Assembly: GCA_014729085.1 (NCBI GenBank)
Contig: WJKM01000011.1
Coordinates: 234,852 to 298,851, forward strand
Direction of reading: 5' to 3'
From: Candidatus Dojkabacteria bacterium
GTDB lineage: Bacteria > Patescibacteriota > Dojkabacteria > B142 > WJKM01
Length of the DNA stretch: 64,000 nucleotides
The notes beneath the pieces are model-generated. The model saw only the letters and a list, made by a program, of their open reading frames with translations. It had not been told where the DNA came from and did no database searches. Shown piece by piece: positions 51,368-61,401 of the stretch. Every line of letters begins with the position of its first letter. Position 1 is the first letter of the stretch. Position numbers and translations under genes: made by a program.

Positions 51368-52624
51368 TTATTTGTTTAACAGTAAATCCTTAGCTGGCTT
51401 AATTGAAATACTTGTAAGCGCAGCTGGCACGACATCATGAGTTGTATGCATAAGGCCTGTTTCATCATTAATATTGGCTATTTGTTTTGGATACATATGT
51501 TTAACATTCGGAAATTTCCCAAACGGTAAAACAGTTAGCCAAGGATATGAAATTAGGGCGTCGTACATTTCGGGGAGTTCAGAACCCCCTCCGCTAATTA
51601 AAATTTCAGCCGGAAACTCTTCTACCTCTTCGAATTCTGCTAGCGAGATTTCTATGCCTTCTGCCCAAAGTCTTGAGTCATCCTCTAATATTTTTTTTAT
51701 TTTTTTTTCAGTTGTTCCTTGTAGCTTTTTGTTTGAATAATCTAATTTCATTTTTTCTGCCTTTTCTAGCTCCAAGTTCATATCTTTTGCTAGTCTCCTG
51801 GTAAAAACCCTTCCGCCAAATGCGATCATTTTAGTACCAACTATACCCCCATCTTGTACAATGGCAATATCTGTAGTTCCTCCACCAATATCAATGAATA
51901 TAGAAGAAAAGTCGGATTTGTGCGCCCCCTTGTATGATTTTGAAATTGCGTAAGGTTGTACATCTATTGTCAAGACTTTGAGTTCAAGTCGTTTTGCAAC
52001 TTCGTATAAAGAGTTGACATGCAGAGAAGGGGCAAAGGTGGAGTATACTCGATAAGTTACTTCCTCACCTGTAAAGCCGATTGGATTATCTACTTTTATT
52101 CCATCAATATAAGTTGAATTTATATGACTGTTAATTTCCTTTATTTTTTTAGAATTGATGCCAATTTCCTCAGCAATATCTTCCACAGAGTCACTGAAGG
52201 CTTGGTCTTTAATGTTTTTTACAACTTCTTGTATTTCTTCATCTGTTATTTGCATTTCCGGGTCCTCTCGTTCATAGTTTGCCACAATACAAACTCCTTT
52301 TACAATTTCGCCAGCTATTCCCAACGTAACATAATCCGGAAGAGGACATTTGGAGCCGAGTACTTTATCTGCAACCACTAAGGCTCGGCCAATTCCAATA
52401 TCGCAGGTTGAGACTACATTATCTATGTTGATAACCATAGCACCCTCCATAGCTTTACTATGTTGAGGAATCCTTGAATATCCAATGACATTTGCTGTGT
52501 CATTCTCTACTTTATATATAACGGATTTTACATATTCTGTACCAATGTCTAATGCAAGAAAAACGGGGTCTTCTTCTAAATCAAGATTTTTCGATTTCTT
52601 TTTGTTCAGGAATGGTATTTTCAT
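51368..52624 (-). CDS. ftsA: FtsA-like actin-fold ATPase
   Basis: LALDIGTEYVK, FIDIGGGTTDIA, FGGRVFT, AEKMK, ISGGGSEL. Confidence 0.8.
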   Translation of the reverse strand: MKIPFLNKKKSKNLDLEEDPVFLALDIGTEYVKSVIYKVENDTANVIGYSRIPQHSKAMEGAMVINIDNVVSTCDIGIGRALVVADKVLGSKCPLPDYVTLGIAGEIVKGVCIVANYEREDPEMQITDEEIQEVVKNIKDQAFSDSVEDIAEEIGINSKKIKEINSHINSTYIDGIKVDNPIGFTGEEVTYRVYSTFAPSLHVNSLYEVAKRLELKVLTIDVQPYAISKSYKGAHKSDFSSIFIDIGGGTTDIAIVQDGGIVGTKMIAFGGRVFTRRLAKDMNLELEKAEKMKLDYSNKKLQGTTEKKIKKILEDDSRLWAEGIEISLAEFEEVEEFPAEILISGGGSELPEMYDALISYPWLTVLPFGKFPNVKHMYPKQIANINDETGLMHTTHDVVPAALTSISIKPAKDLLLNK

Positions 52625-52900
52625 TTTTATTTATGATCCTAGATTATGAAGGCTTTTAAATTATATTGTAAGTATATTTTAAACTAGATATTTTATTGTG
52701 CATTGATTATACAATTATATCCTTTTACAGATTAGCATTTGGTAAAAATATAGTAAAGTTGGGTTTAAATTTTGACAGCAAAGTTTTTTATTCAGTTTAT
52801 ATACGTAGTAAGTCCCATAGTGTGTTATAATTGTTGTGAATTAATAAAATTGATAGTTAGTTTGATAAATTAGAAATTTTTTATAGTATTTACAAATTAC

Positions 52901-53941
52901 ATGCAAGAGGAAGTATCAAATGTACCAGGTAGAGTTGAGTCTTTAACAGAAACTTTATCTGAAAAGAATAAAGAATGGGTTTTAGGACAGTACAGTTATA
53001 TGAATGAAACTGTGACTAAAAATGCACATGGCCGCGAACCAAGCATTCTATACACTTTAGCGGTACCAATTATGTTTAAGCAAGCTTGTAAGGATTATTT
53101 AACAACTCATTCATTACGAAAATCGCCTGATTTTATAACACAAGAATGTATAGACTCGACCCTTGCGGTACTTCTCGTTGACGAGCTGATCGAATCAGAA
53201 CTTGAAAGAGGGATAATACCAGACCCCGAAACTATCGTAGCAAGTTCTTTGAGAAATTTTGGAGATAAACCAAAAACACAAGTTCCCAATCTTAAAAATA
53301 GCCTTGAATTGTCTGCTCATTCTATGTTGTTTGAGGACTATTTTGTTAGAGAGACCGAACGAGGAGATGTTGATTTAAGTAGCTTTGAGGAAAATATGAT
53401 AATATCCGGATCTCTGCATGTGATTTTCGATATATTGGATCAACATTTTGATGTATCTACTGAATCCGAATCGGTCTACAAACTTTGCAAAGCCTTTAGG
53501 TATCTTTGTGAAATTGGTTCACATGGTAAGGACAGAAAGGAACTTCTTGAAGGTACAGGGGAGAAGTCACCTTTTGGTAATTTAATTAATGCAAGAGCAT
53601 ATAGACTTTCCCGTGAAAGTGGGCGGAATCGTATAGATTCTGAATCTGTTTTAAAAGCAGAAAATTATTACAAACAAGAATACGAACGTATAATGTATGA
53701 GTTAGAAAGTAATTTGGAATTCTCTCCATCTCTAGAAATTTTAACGAATTTTGTACATCAATTTAGTCTTCTGACTTTGGGTGAAGAGACCATGAACTTC
53801 GAAGAGGGATTGGAGGAGAATATTGCAGGATTTTATAGTAATTTAAATCAGGTTGTGGAACGGTTTAACAAAGATAAACCTGGAGAATTTGAAGCTCTCA
53901 ACCGATATTTAGAGGAGGAACAATCTGAATTCGCCTATTAA
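52901..53941 (+). CDS. Helical orphan protein, possibly degenerate isoprenoid-synthase fold
   Basis: 346-aa ORF; TGTTATAAT at 52823-52831; fold guess is weak. Confidence 0.6.
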   Translation: MQEEVSNVPGRVESLTETLSEKNKEWVLGQYSYMNETVTKNAHGREPSILYTLAVPIMFKQACKDYLTTHSLRKSPDFITQECIDSTLAVLLVDELIESELERGIIPDPETIVASSLRNFGDKPKTQVPNLKNSLELSAHSMLFEDYFVRETERGDVDLSSFEENMIISGSLHVIFDILDQHFDVSTESESVYKLCKAFRYLCEIGSHGKDRKELLEGTGEKSPFGNLINARAYRLSRESGRNRIDSESVLKAENYYKQEYERIMYELESNLEFSPSLEILTNFVHQFSLLTLGEETMNFEEGLEENIAGFYSNLNQVVERFNKDKPGEFEALNRYLEEEQSEFAY

Positions 53942-53945
53942 CAAG

Positions 53946-54638
53946 TTATTGATTTCTAATGTGTACTTTTTCCCCAGGAAAGATTAAATCCGGATTGTCT
54001 CTGAATTGTGGGTTTAAGTTTAACAGTGCTTCTAAAGTCATTCCCGACCTTTGTGCAATAGAAGAAAGTGTATCTCCTGAAACAACTTCATATACTCCGG
54101 TAGACGAAGCCTCTTCCATGGAATTTAAAGCTTGTTGTTCATGAATCTGGGATGCAGAAGTTCGTGCTGCTTGTTCATTTGGGATTGTTAGAGTCTGACC
54201 TGGCTGTATTACATTGGTATCCAGATTATTTTCTTGCATAATAGCAGTATAATACAGTGCATGTTGGTCGCCGTAATATTGTTTTGCGATATCCCAAAGT
54301 GTATCTCCCTCTTGTACATTATGTGTACCACCACCAAATATTTCTTCATTTTCAATCAAACCGATATCTCCAGGTAGCATAGGGCTCCATTCTGCAGGTA
54401 GGGAAGTTTGCGATTCGGGTGACCTGCCGGGCATTCCAGGTAGAGAATATGTTCCTGCTGGAGAATGATCATCGTCATCTTTCCAGGGCATTTCAATATC
54501 AAGGATTACCCCATCCAAACTACCATCCATTACATCCAAGCCCATTAATGCACAGGCCCCAACAGCACCAACTTTTAAGATGCTTTCGGCTGTTTTTAAT
54601 AAAGAAGATTCATTTTGGTTTGGTTCGGTTTCTGTCAA
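53946..54638 (-). CDS. Membrane-anchored protein with two LysM domains
   Basis: HNVQEGDTLWDIAKQYYG...IQPGQTLTIP and YEVVSGDTLSSIA...LNP..NPDLIFPGEKV. Confidence 0.88.
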   Translation of the reverse strand: MTETEPNQNESSLLKTAESILKVGAVGACALMGLDVMDGSLDGVILDIEMPWKDDDDHSPAGTYSLPGMPGRSPESQTSLPAEWSPMLPGDIGLIENEEIFGGGTHNVQEGDTLWDIAKQYYGDQHALYYTAIMQENNLDTNVIQPGQTLTIPNEQAARTSASQIHEQQALNSMEEASSTGVYEVVSGDTLSSIAQRSGMTLEALLNLNPQFRDNPDLIFPGEKVHIRNQ

Positions 54639-54818
54639 AAGTGTTTTATTAATAGCTACTAATACTTTACAGTTAATTCAGGTAGAAAACAAGAGGGTTC
54701 CATAGTCCGGGTTCCTATTTGGAGAACAAATTATGTAGATTTATTCACAACAAACCTATAATATTGAATCTTTTGTTGTAAAGTTATATAATTACTTAAT
54801 ATTTCTTAAAATAGATAA

Positions 54819-55174
54819 ATGGAAAATTATCCTTTGTATTGTTATCCAAACCATTCAGCAATGCAACCAGAAGGCGCAACTCAATGGAGAGAACCAACCA
54901 TAACTGTGTAGGAGAGTTAAATTGTAGAGCTTTATGCAATGGTCGTTGTACTGATACTTTGCCCCCAAGGCCAGATATAGATAACTTACCCCCTCTATGT
55001 CCAGTGGAGACATGGATTCAAGGTAACATTCCTTTTGCAGAAGGGACACCTCCACAGAGGATGGTTAACTTACTTGAATTGATTGAACTTCTAGAAAGAG
55101 TAGGGAGAGTAGATGGGATTCCTAATGTTTTGCCTTTATTTGGAGGTAAGAGAGTCATTTACCCTAAAGGATAG
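54819..55174 (+). pseudogene. Cys-rich orphan, probably frameshifted at TGTGT (54905-54909)
   Basis: MENYPLYC...EPTITV from ATG 54819 joins VGELNCRALCNGRC... if 2 nt are removed; alternative is an intact ORF from ATG 54884. Confidence 0.5.
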
Positions 55175-55304
55175 TTCATAGTTGAGAAATAAAAAATATA
55201 TCTTAATCTAGAGGTTATTTTAGGTTAGATTTATTGCATAGATTTTATTTAATTGTTCTTCTTAGATTCATTCCAGATTTCGCTATATTTTGATGTATAA
55301 TTAG

Positions 55305-56465
55305 GTGATTTTAATGGATACCAATATGACTCAGACCCAAAAGGCAATATATGCATTTTCAGGAGATCCAATTACATATGGACATATCGACATTATTAAA
55401 CGGGCAGCAAAGGTTTTTGATGCGCTTGTAGTAGCAATTGGTACAAATCCAGAAAAGAAGTACACTTTTTCCATTAAGGAAAGAGTTGAAATGGCAACGA
55501 AATCAGTTGGCGATTTGGATAATGTCAAAGTTGTTTCATTCAGTGGAACTTTGGTGGATTATGCTTACGAAAATTCCATATCTTTGGTCATTAAAGGGAT
55601 CAGAGATGAGCAGGATTTTAACTATGAACTTGCTCTTCATCAAATAGGGGAAAGCCAGAAATTGGGGATAGATACTTTCTTTATTCCGGCCAAACAGAAT
55701 AAGACCCACATCAGTTCGAGTGCTGTAAAAGCGTTACAGCAGGAGCATGGAATGGTTCATGATTATGTTACTCCTTTTGTAAAACAAAAGCTTGAGGCGA
55801 AGCTTTCGAATCAATATTTTGTTGGGGTAACTGGTGAAATAGCGGTTGGAAAAACTTATGTTTGTGAGAAGTTTAAGGAGATAGGAAAAAAGAAAAGAAT
55901 TGAAGTTCATAATATTGAACTTGATAAATTAGGACATCAGATTTTAGAAGACTTAAAAGATCCATTGTATATAGAAGTAAGAGGAAAGATCTTGTCGCAT
56001 TTTGGGAAAGAGGTAGAGTCTCGCAATGGCTTTATTGATAGGAAGAAATTAGGAAAGATAGTGTTTGCAAATCCAGAAGATCTGAATACATTAAATGATA
56101 TTATGCACGAAGCAATTTTAATGCGGGTAAGGAGAGAAGTTTATAATAAACAGGGTTTAATATTACTTAATGCTGCCTTATTTGCAGAATCAGGTATATT
56201 GTATCTTTGTAATAATAATATAGTGCTAGTGTCAGCGGAAAAGGAATTACAAAAGCAAAGATTAAAGGAAAGAGGTTTTTCTTCAGAACAAATTGAAAGA
56301 CGTTTGGTAAGCCAATTTACCACTAGTGAGAAAAGCAGAATACTCAGAGAACAGATAAAAGATAATAATTATGGAAAACTTTGGAAGGTGCAAAGCAAAA
56401 CTAAAGAAAATGAACAGGAACTTCAGGATATATTTGACGAGATAGTAAATTATTTCAGCATCTAG
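55305..56465 (+). CDS. coaD-coaE: Fused phosphopantetheine adenylyltransferase / dephospho-CoA kinase
   Basis: DPITYGHIDII, IKGIRD..DFNYE, ISSSAVK, then VGVTGEIAVGKT, IDRKKLG.IVF, RL.ERG..RRLVSQ. Confidence 0.9.
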   Translation: MILMDTNMTQTQKAIYAFSGDPITYGHIDIIKRAAKVFDALVVAIGTNPEKKYTFSIKERVEMATKSVGDLDNVKVVSFSGTLVDYAYENSISLVIKGIRDEQDFNYELALHQIGESQKLGIDTFFIPAKQNKTHISSSAVKALQQEHGMVHDYVTPFVKQKLEAKLSNQYFVGVTGEIAVGKTYVCEKFKEIGKKKRIEVHNIELDKLGHQILEDLKDPLYIEVRGKILSHFGKEVESRNGFIDRKKLGKIVFANPEDLNTLNDIMHEAILMRVRREVYNKQGLILLNAALFAESGILYLCNNNIVLVSAEKELQKQRLKERGFSSEQIERRLVSQFTTSEKSRILREQIKDNNYGKLWKVQSKTKENEQELQDIFDEIVNYFSI

Positions 56466-56470
56466 ATCCG

Positions 56471-56935
56471 ATGACAGCTGAACAATTGACATCCTTACAA
56501 TCTCTGAGATATGAGACAGTGGTACCAGTTAATTCGAATAATTATAACGTTCCGATTGCAGGTACTTTTTCTACAGCTCCAAGTTATGCTTTTATCATTC
56601 CAGAAACAGAAGGAAGCGTTAGAATTCGTTTTGAAGATAATCCTTGGTACAATACCCCCCAATCTTACGGTGTATGGACAGGATGGGGTTGGGATTCAAG
56701 GAGAGGGGCAAGTCCAGAATCAGCCGAATTTTTAGTAAGGAGAGGAAACATTGCAAAGGTAATAACATCTAGTATCGGACCCCTGGTTGCTGATTTATTG
56801 CTTCGTTCAGGAACCGAAATTGAATATGTCCCATGGGACACAACTCTGGGAGATCTCTTAGAAGAAGTCGAATATTGTGAAGAGGAGAGTGATACTAAGA
56901 ATGTGATCACTTTTTTGAAATTATATCCTTGTTAA
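56471..56935 (+). CDS. Orphan protein, Lys-poor
   Basis: 154-aa ORF directly after coaD-coaE. Confidence 0.6.
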   Translation: MTAEQLTSLQSLRYETVVPVNSNNYNVPIAGTFSTAPSYAFIIPETEGSVRIRFEDNPWYNTPQSYGVWTGWGWDSRRGASPESAEFLVRRGNIAKVITSSIGPLVADLLLRSGTEIEYVPWDTTLGDLLEEVEYCEEESDTKNVITFLKLYPC

Positions 56936-57015
56936 TAAGCGGAAAGTACAGTTGAGGGCTTTTTATATTCATTGATTTTGTGTATATTAATAACAATTAA
57001 TTCAGATTGTTATTA

Positions 57016-57231
57016 ATGAAACAAGATCTACTTTTGAAAAACGTAGAAGCTTATATCCCGGAATCGGATGAGAATCGTCTTCCTCCAGAGGCGGTAATTG
57101 AATTGATAAAGAATATAAAAGCAGTGAACGGTATTGGCAAAGCAATGGTATGTCTAAAACAATGGGCAGAACAAGACCAGAGATTTGCAAAATACTACGA
57201 AACTCTTTCAAAAAATAGTCCTTCAGATTAG
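57016..57231 (+). CDS. Small hypothetical protein
   Basis: MKQDLLLKNVEAYIP..., plausible helical composition. Confidence 0.5.
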   Translation: MKQDLLLKNVEAYIPESDENRLPPEAVIELIKNIKAVNGIGKAMVCLKQWAEQDQRFAKYYETLSKNSPSD

Positions 57232-57431
57232 TCTTTGATGATAAATTTTCCTAGTACATAGAGGCATATACCAAGAATCACCATTATGATTCTAAGAACC
57301 CAACCAATGAATGGTCCAAAAAAATCCATCCACATAAGAATTATAAAATTCATGTTGAGAAAATATAGCACCATTGATAGTACACCATATAAAAACATAC
57401 CAAATCCAATGGTTTGAAGTTGATCTTTCAT
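57228..57431 (-). CDS. Small membrane protein
   Basis: 67 aa, two hydrophobic helices, LMWMD.FG motif. Confidence 0.7.
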   Translation of the reverse strand: MKDQLQTIGFGMFLYGVLSMVLYFLNMNFIILMWMDFFGPFIGWVLRIIMVILGICLYVLGKFIIKD

Positions 57432-57483
57432 AGGAAATAAAAGTTAAAAATTAAAGATACAAAGTCATTATACCTAATGTTAA

Positions 57484-57532
57484 AGTCTAGGGACTAGGAC
57501 TTAGGGATTAGAACTTAGTATTAAGACTGCAG
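57484..57532 (+). repeat. Degenerate heptamer tandem repeat (seven units ending AG)
   Basis: AGTCTAG GGACTAG GACTTAG GGATTAG AACTTAG TATTAAG ACTGCAG. Confidence 0.55.
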
Positions 57533-57609
57533 AGACACATTGTGTGAATTTGGAAAAATTTGTCAAAACATGTATTATATTGAGGTTAAATTTAATTACA
57601 AGTGAGAAA

Positions 57610-57759
57610 ATGAATGGGTATGACACAATTATTCAATTTCTGCTTAAGGAACCAATAATTGGGGGACTTTTAGTTGTCGCAGTATTTTTAGGTATTTATT
57701 TCATATACTTAGGTTTTAGAGTCGCTCTTCTGCAGAGAAAGATTCAAAAAAATCAGTAA
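57610..57759 (+). CDS. Small single-pass membrane protein
   Basis: MNGYDTIIQFLLKEPIIGGLLVVAVFLGIYFIYLGFR... Confidence 0.5.
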   Translation: MNGYDTIIQFLLKEPIIGGLLVVAVFLGIYFIYLGFRVALLQRKIQKNQ

Positions 57760-57766
57760 TTAAAGA

Positions 57767-58066
57767 TTATTGTTCAAGTATTATTCTTTTTTCAAATCCA
57801 CCTCTATTTTTCTTCTTGTTCATTCTTATTCGTTCAATATCTTTTAAATCGGTTCCAATTACTTTACTAAATTTAATTAATACTTCCAGGATATCGGCTA
57901 ATTCTTCAGGTTGGAAATCTTCAAAAAATTCATCTACTTCCTCAAGAAGTTTTTTCTTTAGTTCATTTTTAAATTCACGCTCTTTGGCGATATGAATTTT
58001 CGGTTCTTTTCCCGTTTCTCCCCTGATAATTTCAGGAATTTTATCTCTGACTAATTTTTGATTCAT
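57767..58066 (-). CDS. MazG-like / phosphoribosyl-ATP pyrophosphohydrolase family protein
   Basis: KLVRDKIPEII, KLLEEVDE, EELADILEV, RGGFEKRI. Confidence 0.88.
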   Translation of the reverse strand: MNQKLVRDKIPEIIRGETGKEPKIHIAKEREFKNELKKKLLEEVDEFFEDFQPEELADILEVLIKFSKVIGTDLKDIERIRMNKKKNRGGFEKRIILEQ

Positions 58067-58144
58067 TTTATTACAAAATAAGTTAAATAAATTAATTTGA
58101 TATAATATTCACCGTTATTTAATTTTAACAGAGACTTTTAATCA

Positions 58145-58243
58145 ATGAATAAGTCAAAAAAAGTAGCGAGAAAAAAAAGAAGAAGAACAAAAGCACGAAA
58201 AAAGGGCAAAAAGCTTAAAGTAAAAGTCGAATACAGGGGGTAA
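58145..58243 (+). CDS. 32-aa highly basic protein (below ORF-track cut-off)
   Basis: MNKSKKVARKKRRRTKARKKGKKLKVKVEYRG; TGATATAAT at 58098-58106. Confidence 0.6.
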   Translation: MNKSKKVARKKRRRTKARKKGKKLKVKVEYRG

Positions 58244-58284
58244 ATTTATCAAGAATCTTGATATATAAATTTTATTCATGAAGA

Positions 58285-59247
58285 TTATTCAAGATTATCT
58301 TCTGGGTTGTCAAAGTTAAATGTATATATTTCTCTTAGAGAATATTTCAGAGAAAATAAAAGAGATGGAATCATATTTCGTAGTCTGAATCCATAAAATT
58401 TTTGTATTATCATTTTTTGTTCTTTAATTCTGAGCAGAGTGTACAGAATAGTAAGCACTAGGTGATATTTATACAATAACTTTTTTCTACTAATTTCCGG
58501 ATATTCCCACTTTAAAATTGTTCTATATGTTTTTTGCTTTTGTTCTCTCATTAACTTCTTGGCTTTAGTTTTGTGCTTGGGATGAGTAAAGAGTGTGTGG
58601 ATACCTGCTTGAATGTCATCTTGCATATCAACCCAATCATCCATATATTGGATATATGCACCAAGTTCAAATAAAGAGTTGAATTCAGCTTTTTTCATAC
58701 TTGGTTTTAAATGATGAATCAGTATAACCATTGTATATCCACCCTTTTTACGCGTTATTGATTGTAACTCCTCCAATGATATATTTTCATCTTTTTGGAA
58801 ACGACTCTTTTGTTGAGTATTATGGAGTTTTTGAAGAACCGCGTTAAATGAAGAATAAGTTTCATCTGGGATTCTATCTTTAATTTCTTTGAAAAGCTCA
58901 AGTGTTATGGTTTCAAGAGTGGTCTTAGGTACGAAGTCAGAGGTTTTCTTAAACATTAAATCCAAGCGATTTGGAGATATTTTCATATCGTCGATCAGAC
59001 TATCGTATGGAGAGATTAAAGCCGCAATTAAGGTTATTAGCTCTTTTTCCTTTCTAGTTAATCTATGATTTTTGAAATCTAAATAGTCATGTATAAAAGT
59101 TATCGGAATCATAATTGAGAGAAGTCTTGAAAAGGAAATAACATCTGATACTAATTTGTTTTTTGAATTTCTAGCTTTTAAAGCATTTTTCAGAAGTTTA
59201 TTCGATAGCCAGATTTGAGGAAAGAGTCTAACAAGAAAACGAAACAA
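58285..59247 (-). CDS. Class I isoprenoid/terpene synthase-like protein
   Basis: YDSLIDD, RKKGG, GAYIQYMDDWVDMQDD..G..TLF Asp-rich motifs. Confidence 0.75.
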   Translation of the reverse strand: MFRFLVRLFPQIWLSNKLLKNALKARNSKNKLVSDVISFSRLLSIMIPITFIHDYLDFKNHRLTRKEKELITLIAALISPYDSLIDDMKISPNRLDLMFKKTSDFVPKTTLETITLELFKEIKDRIPDETYSSFNAVLQKLHNTQQKSRFQKDENISLEELQSITRKKGGYTMVILIHHLKPSMKKAEFNSLFELGAYIQYMDDWVDMQDDIQAGIHTLFTHPKHKTKAKKLMREQKQKTYRTILKWEYPEISRKKLLYKYHLVLTILYTLLRIKEQKMIIQKFYGFRLRNMIPSLLFSLKYSLREIYTFNFDNPEDNLE

Positions 59248-59368
59248 ATATTTTATTAACCTAATAAGATTGTGAACACCTCTTATGTTTAGTTTTACCG
59301 CTTTAGTGATTTTGTAAATGATATTATCTTAGATTGATTTAAATCAATATTGAACTATATTTATAATT

Positions 59369-60163
59369 CTAAAATACTTTTACTAATCCTTTATTTAGTA
59401 CTTTTTTATAACAATATTTTAAATATATCAGTGTCAGGATTAGATAGCCAGTATTAAGCATAAAGCTTATGATTATTTTATTCCAATCTAATATCCCTTC
59501 GTTAATTACCTCTCTCATACCTTCAAAAATGTAGCTTGTTGGAATAAGAGTCGCAATATTTTGTGCCCACATAGGAAGTATTTCGATGGGATAATAAACA
59601 GCCGAAAAAGGAGAAAGTATGGCAACAAAACTCCAAGCTAAAATTTCTACCTTGGATCCATAGCGTAAGATAATACCCATAACAAGAAATCCAACCCACC
59701 ATCCTGTTAGAAGTAGATTTAAGATAAAGGGAATTAGAGAAAACCCAAGTACAAATAAATTTGTTTGGTATAGAATAAACGCGATAAATATTGAAAGGAC
59801 AAAAGTTAAGCCTAACTTAGATAATGCAAATAACAAGGTGCCTAAAATATACTCCCAAAATTTCACAGGAGCTACAAAGTAATGCATAAAACTTCTATTC
59901 CAAAAATCTTCAAGCATGGATACTGTAATCATGTTTTGGTTTCTGTAAACCAGCATCCAAAATATAATACCGGACACTACCATTAAAAGTATATTGGGGA
60001 TACTAACAGTACTACTTTCGATGTATTTACTAGTAAGTCCCCATAATAATAAATCAATTACAGGCCAGAAGATCGTATCCATCATTCTAGTTATGCTGTG
60101 CATTGATTGGAATGTGTGTCTTAGGATTATTCCATATATTCTATTAAGTCCTATTTTCTTCAT
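59369..60163 (-). CDS. ABC-2 type exporter permease
   Basis: Six TM helices; SAVYYPIEILP.W...IPTSYIFEGMR. Confidence 0.9.
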   Translation of the reverse strand: MKKIGLNRIYGIILRHTFQSMHSITRMMDTIFWPVIDLLLWGLTSKYIESSTVSIPNILLMVVSGIIFWMLVYRNQNMITVSMLEDFWNRSFMHYFVAPVKFWEYILGTLLFALSKLGLTFVLSIFIAFILYQTNLFVLGFSLIPFILNLLLTGWWVGFLVMGIILRYGSKVEILAWSFVAILSPFSAVYYPIEILPMWAQNIATLIPTSYIFEGMREVINEGILDWNKIIISFMLNTGYLILTLIYLKYCYKKVLNKGLVKVF

Positions 60164-61064
60164 CTTGTTTTGCGACTTCTAAAAAATAATCTTCGAGACT
60201 AGGTTTTTCTATACTAATTTCATCATAATTTATATTATTTACCGCAAGTTGTTTTAACAGTTGTGGTATCATCACCTCTTTTACTTCAACTTTAATATAA
60301 TTATCTTCCTGTTCATAATTAATTTCGTTTCTTTCACAATATTGCTGAATTTTATCTATTTCCTCCCCCATAAATTCTACATGGGCGGATTTTATACTTT
60401 TCGCAAGATTGAGTGGTGTATCTTTAGCAATTATCTTTCCTTTATCTATGAATATGACTCTGTCACAAACTTCTTCAATTTCTGCCATGTTATGCGATGT
60501 GAAAATCATTGAAACATTAAATTCTTTTCGTTGGTTTTTCAAAACTTTCCGTATTTTATTTGCAATATCTGGATCAAGAGATGCGGTCGGTTCATCAAGT
60601 AACAGTACTTTTGGAAAATTAATAAAAGATTTGGCAAGATTGATTTTAGTCTTCTGACCGTCTGAGAGTTCACGAATCTTCTTGTTCATTAATTTATCCA
60701 AAGAAAATATATTTTTAATTTTTTTTATCCGTTTTTTTCTATTTTTGATTTTGTACAGATAGGAAATATAGGTGAGATTCTCTCTGACAGTCATCTCCCA
60801 AGGAAAGTTGATATATGTTGAAGAAAAATTTACTCTTTCTAGGATTTCAACTCTGTGTTCAAATATGCTTTTTCCAAAGTATGTTACTTCGCCTGAACTG
60901 GGAGTGAGTACGGCAAGGAGCATCTGGATAGTTGTGGTTTTACCAGCTCCATTAGGACCAAGCAGTCCGAGAATTTCTCCTTCCTCGAGTTTAAAAGAAA
61001 TATTATCAACTGCTGTGAAATCTTTAAATTTTTTTGTTAAATTCTTTACTTCTAAGATTGCCAT
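60144..61064 (-). CDS. ABC exporter ATP-binding subunit
   Basis: [25 protein letters not shown]. Confidence 0.95.
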   Translation of the reverse strand: MAILEVKNLTKKFKDFTAVDNISFKLEEGEILGLLGPNGAGKTTTIQMLLAVLTPSSGEVTYFGKSIFEHRVEILERVNFSSTYINFPWEMTVRENLTYISYLYKIKNRKKRIKKIKNIFSLDKLMNKKIRELSDGQKTKINLAKSFINFPKVLLLDEPTASLDPDIANKIRKVLKNQRKEFNVSMIFTSHNMAEIEEVCDRVIFIDKGKIIAKDTPLNLAKSIKSAHVEFMGEEIDKIQQYCERNEINYEQEDNYIKVEVKEVMIPQLLKQLAVNNINYDEISIEKPSLEDYFLEVAKQDEENRT

Positions 61065-61258
61065 ATCAAACTAGAAACATAATTACTTAAATAGTCTATT
61101 GGAATAAAGTATGCTCGTCAAAATTATGAGCATTGGTTTTTGAGTAGCATGAATTTTTGTTAGTTAAAATCTGCATCTAATATTAATAACGTAATATTTG
61201 CTCATAAGTGTTGGTGAAATATACTATAAAAAAGAGTTTAATATAGTTATGCAATTAG
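60823..61258. repeat. Direct repeat copy 1 (ABC ATPase 5' end and upstream region)
   Basis: Aligns by eye with 62753-63166. Confidence 0.93.
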
Positions 61259-61401
61259 TCGAATTAAACCCTTGCTTTTATCTATTATAGATGAATCGCG
61301 TTGAAAGGAAATAACTGAGATATAGAACAAAGAATATTGCAGTATGAGTATATAATAACTCAAGATACTGTTCTTTAAATATATAAAATCATAGAACTTC
61401 G

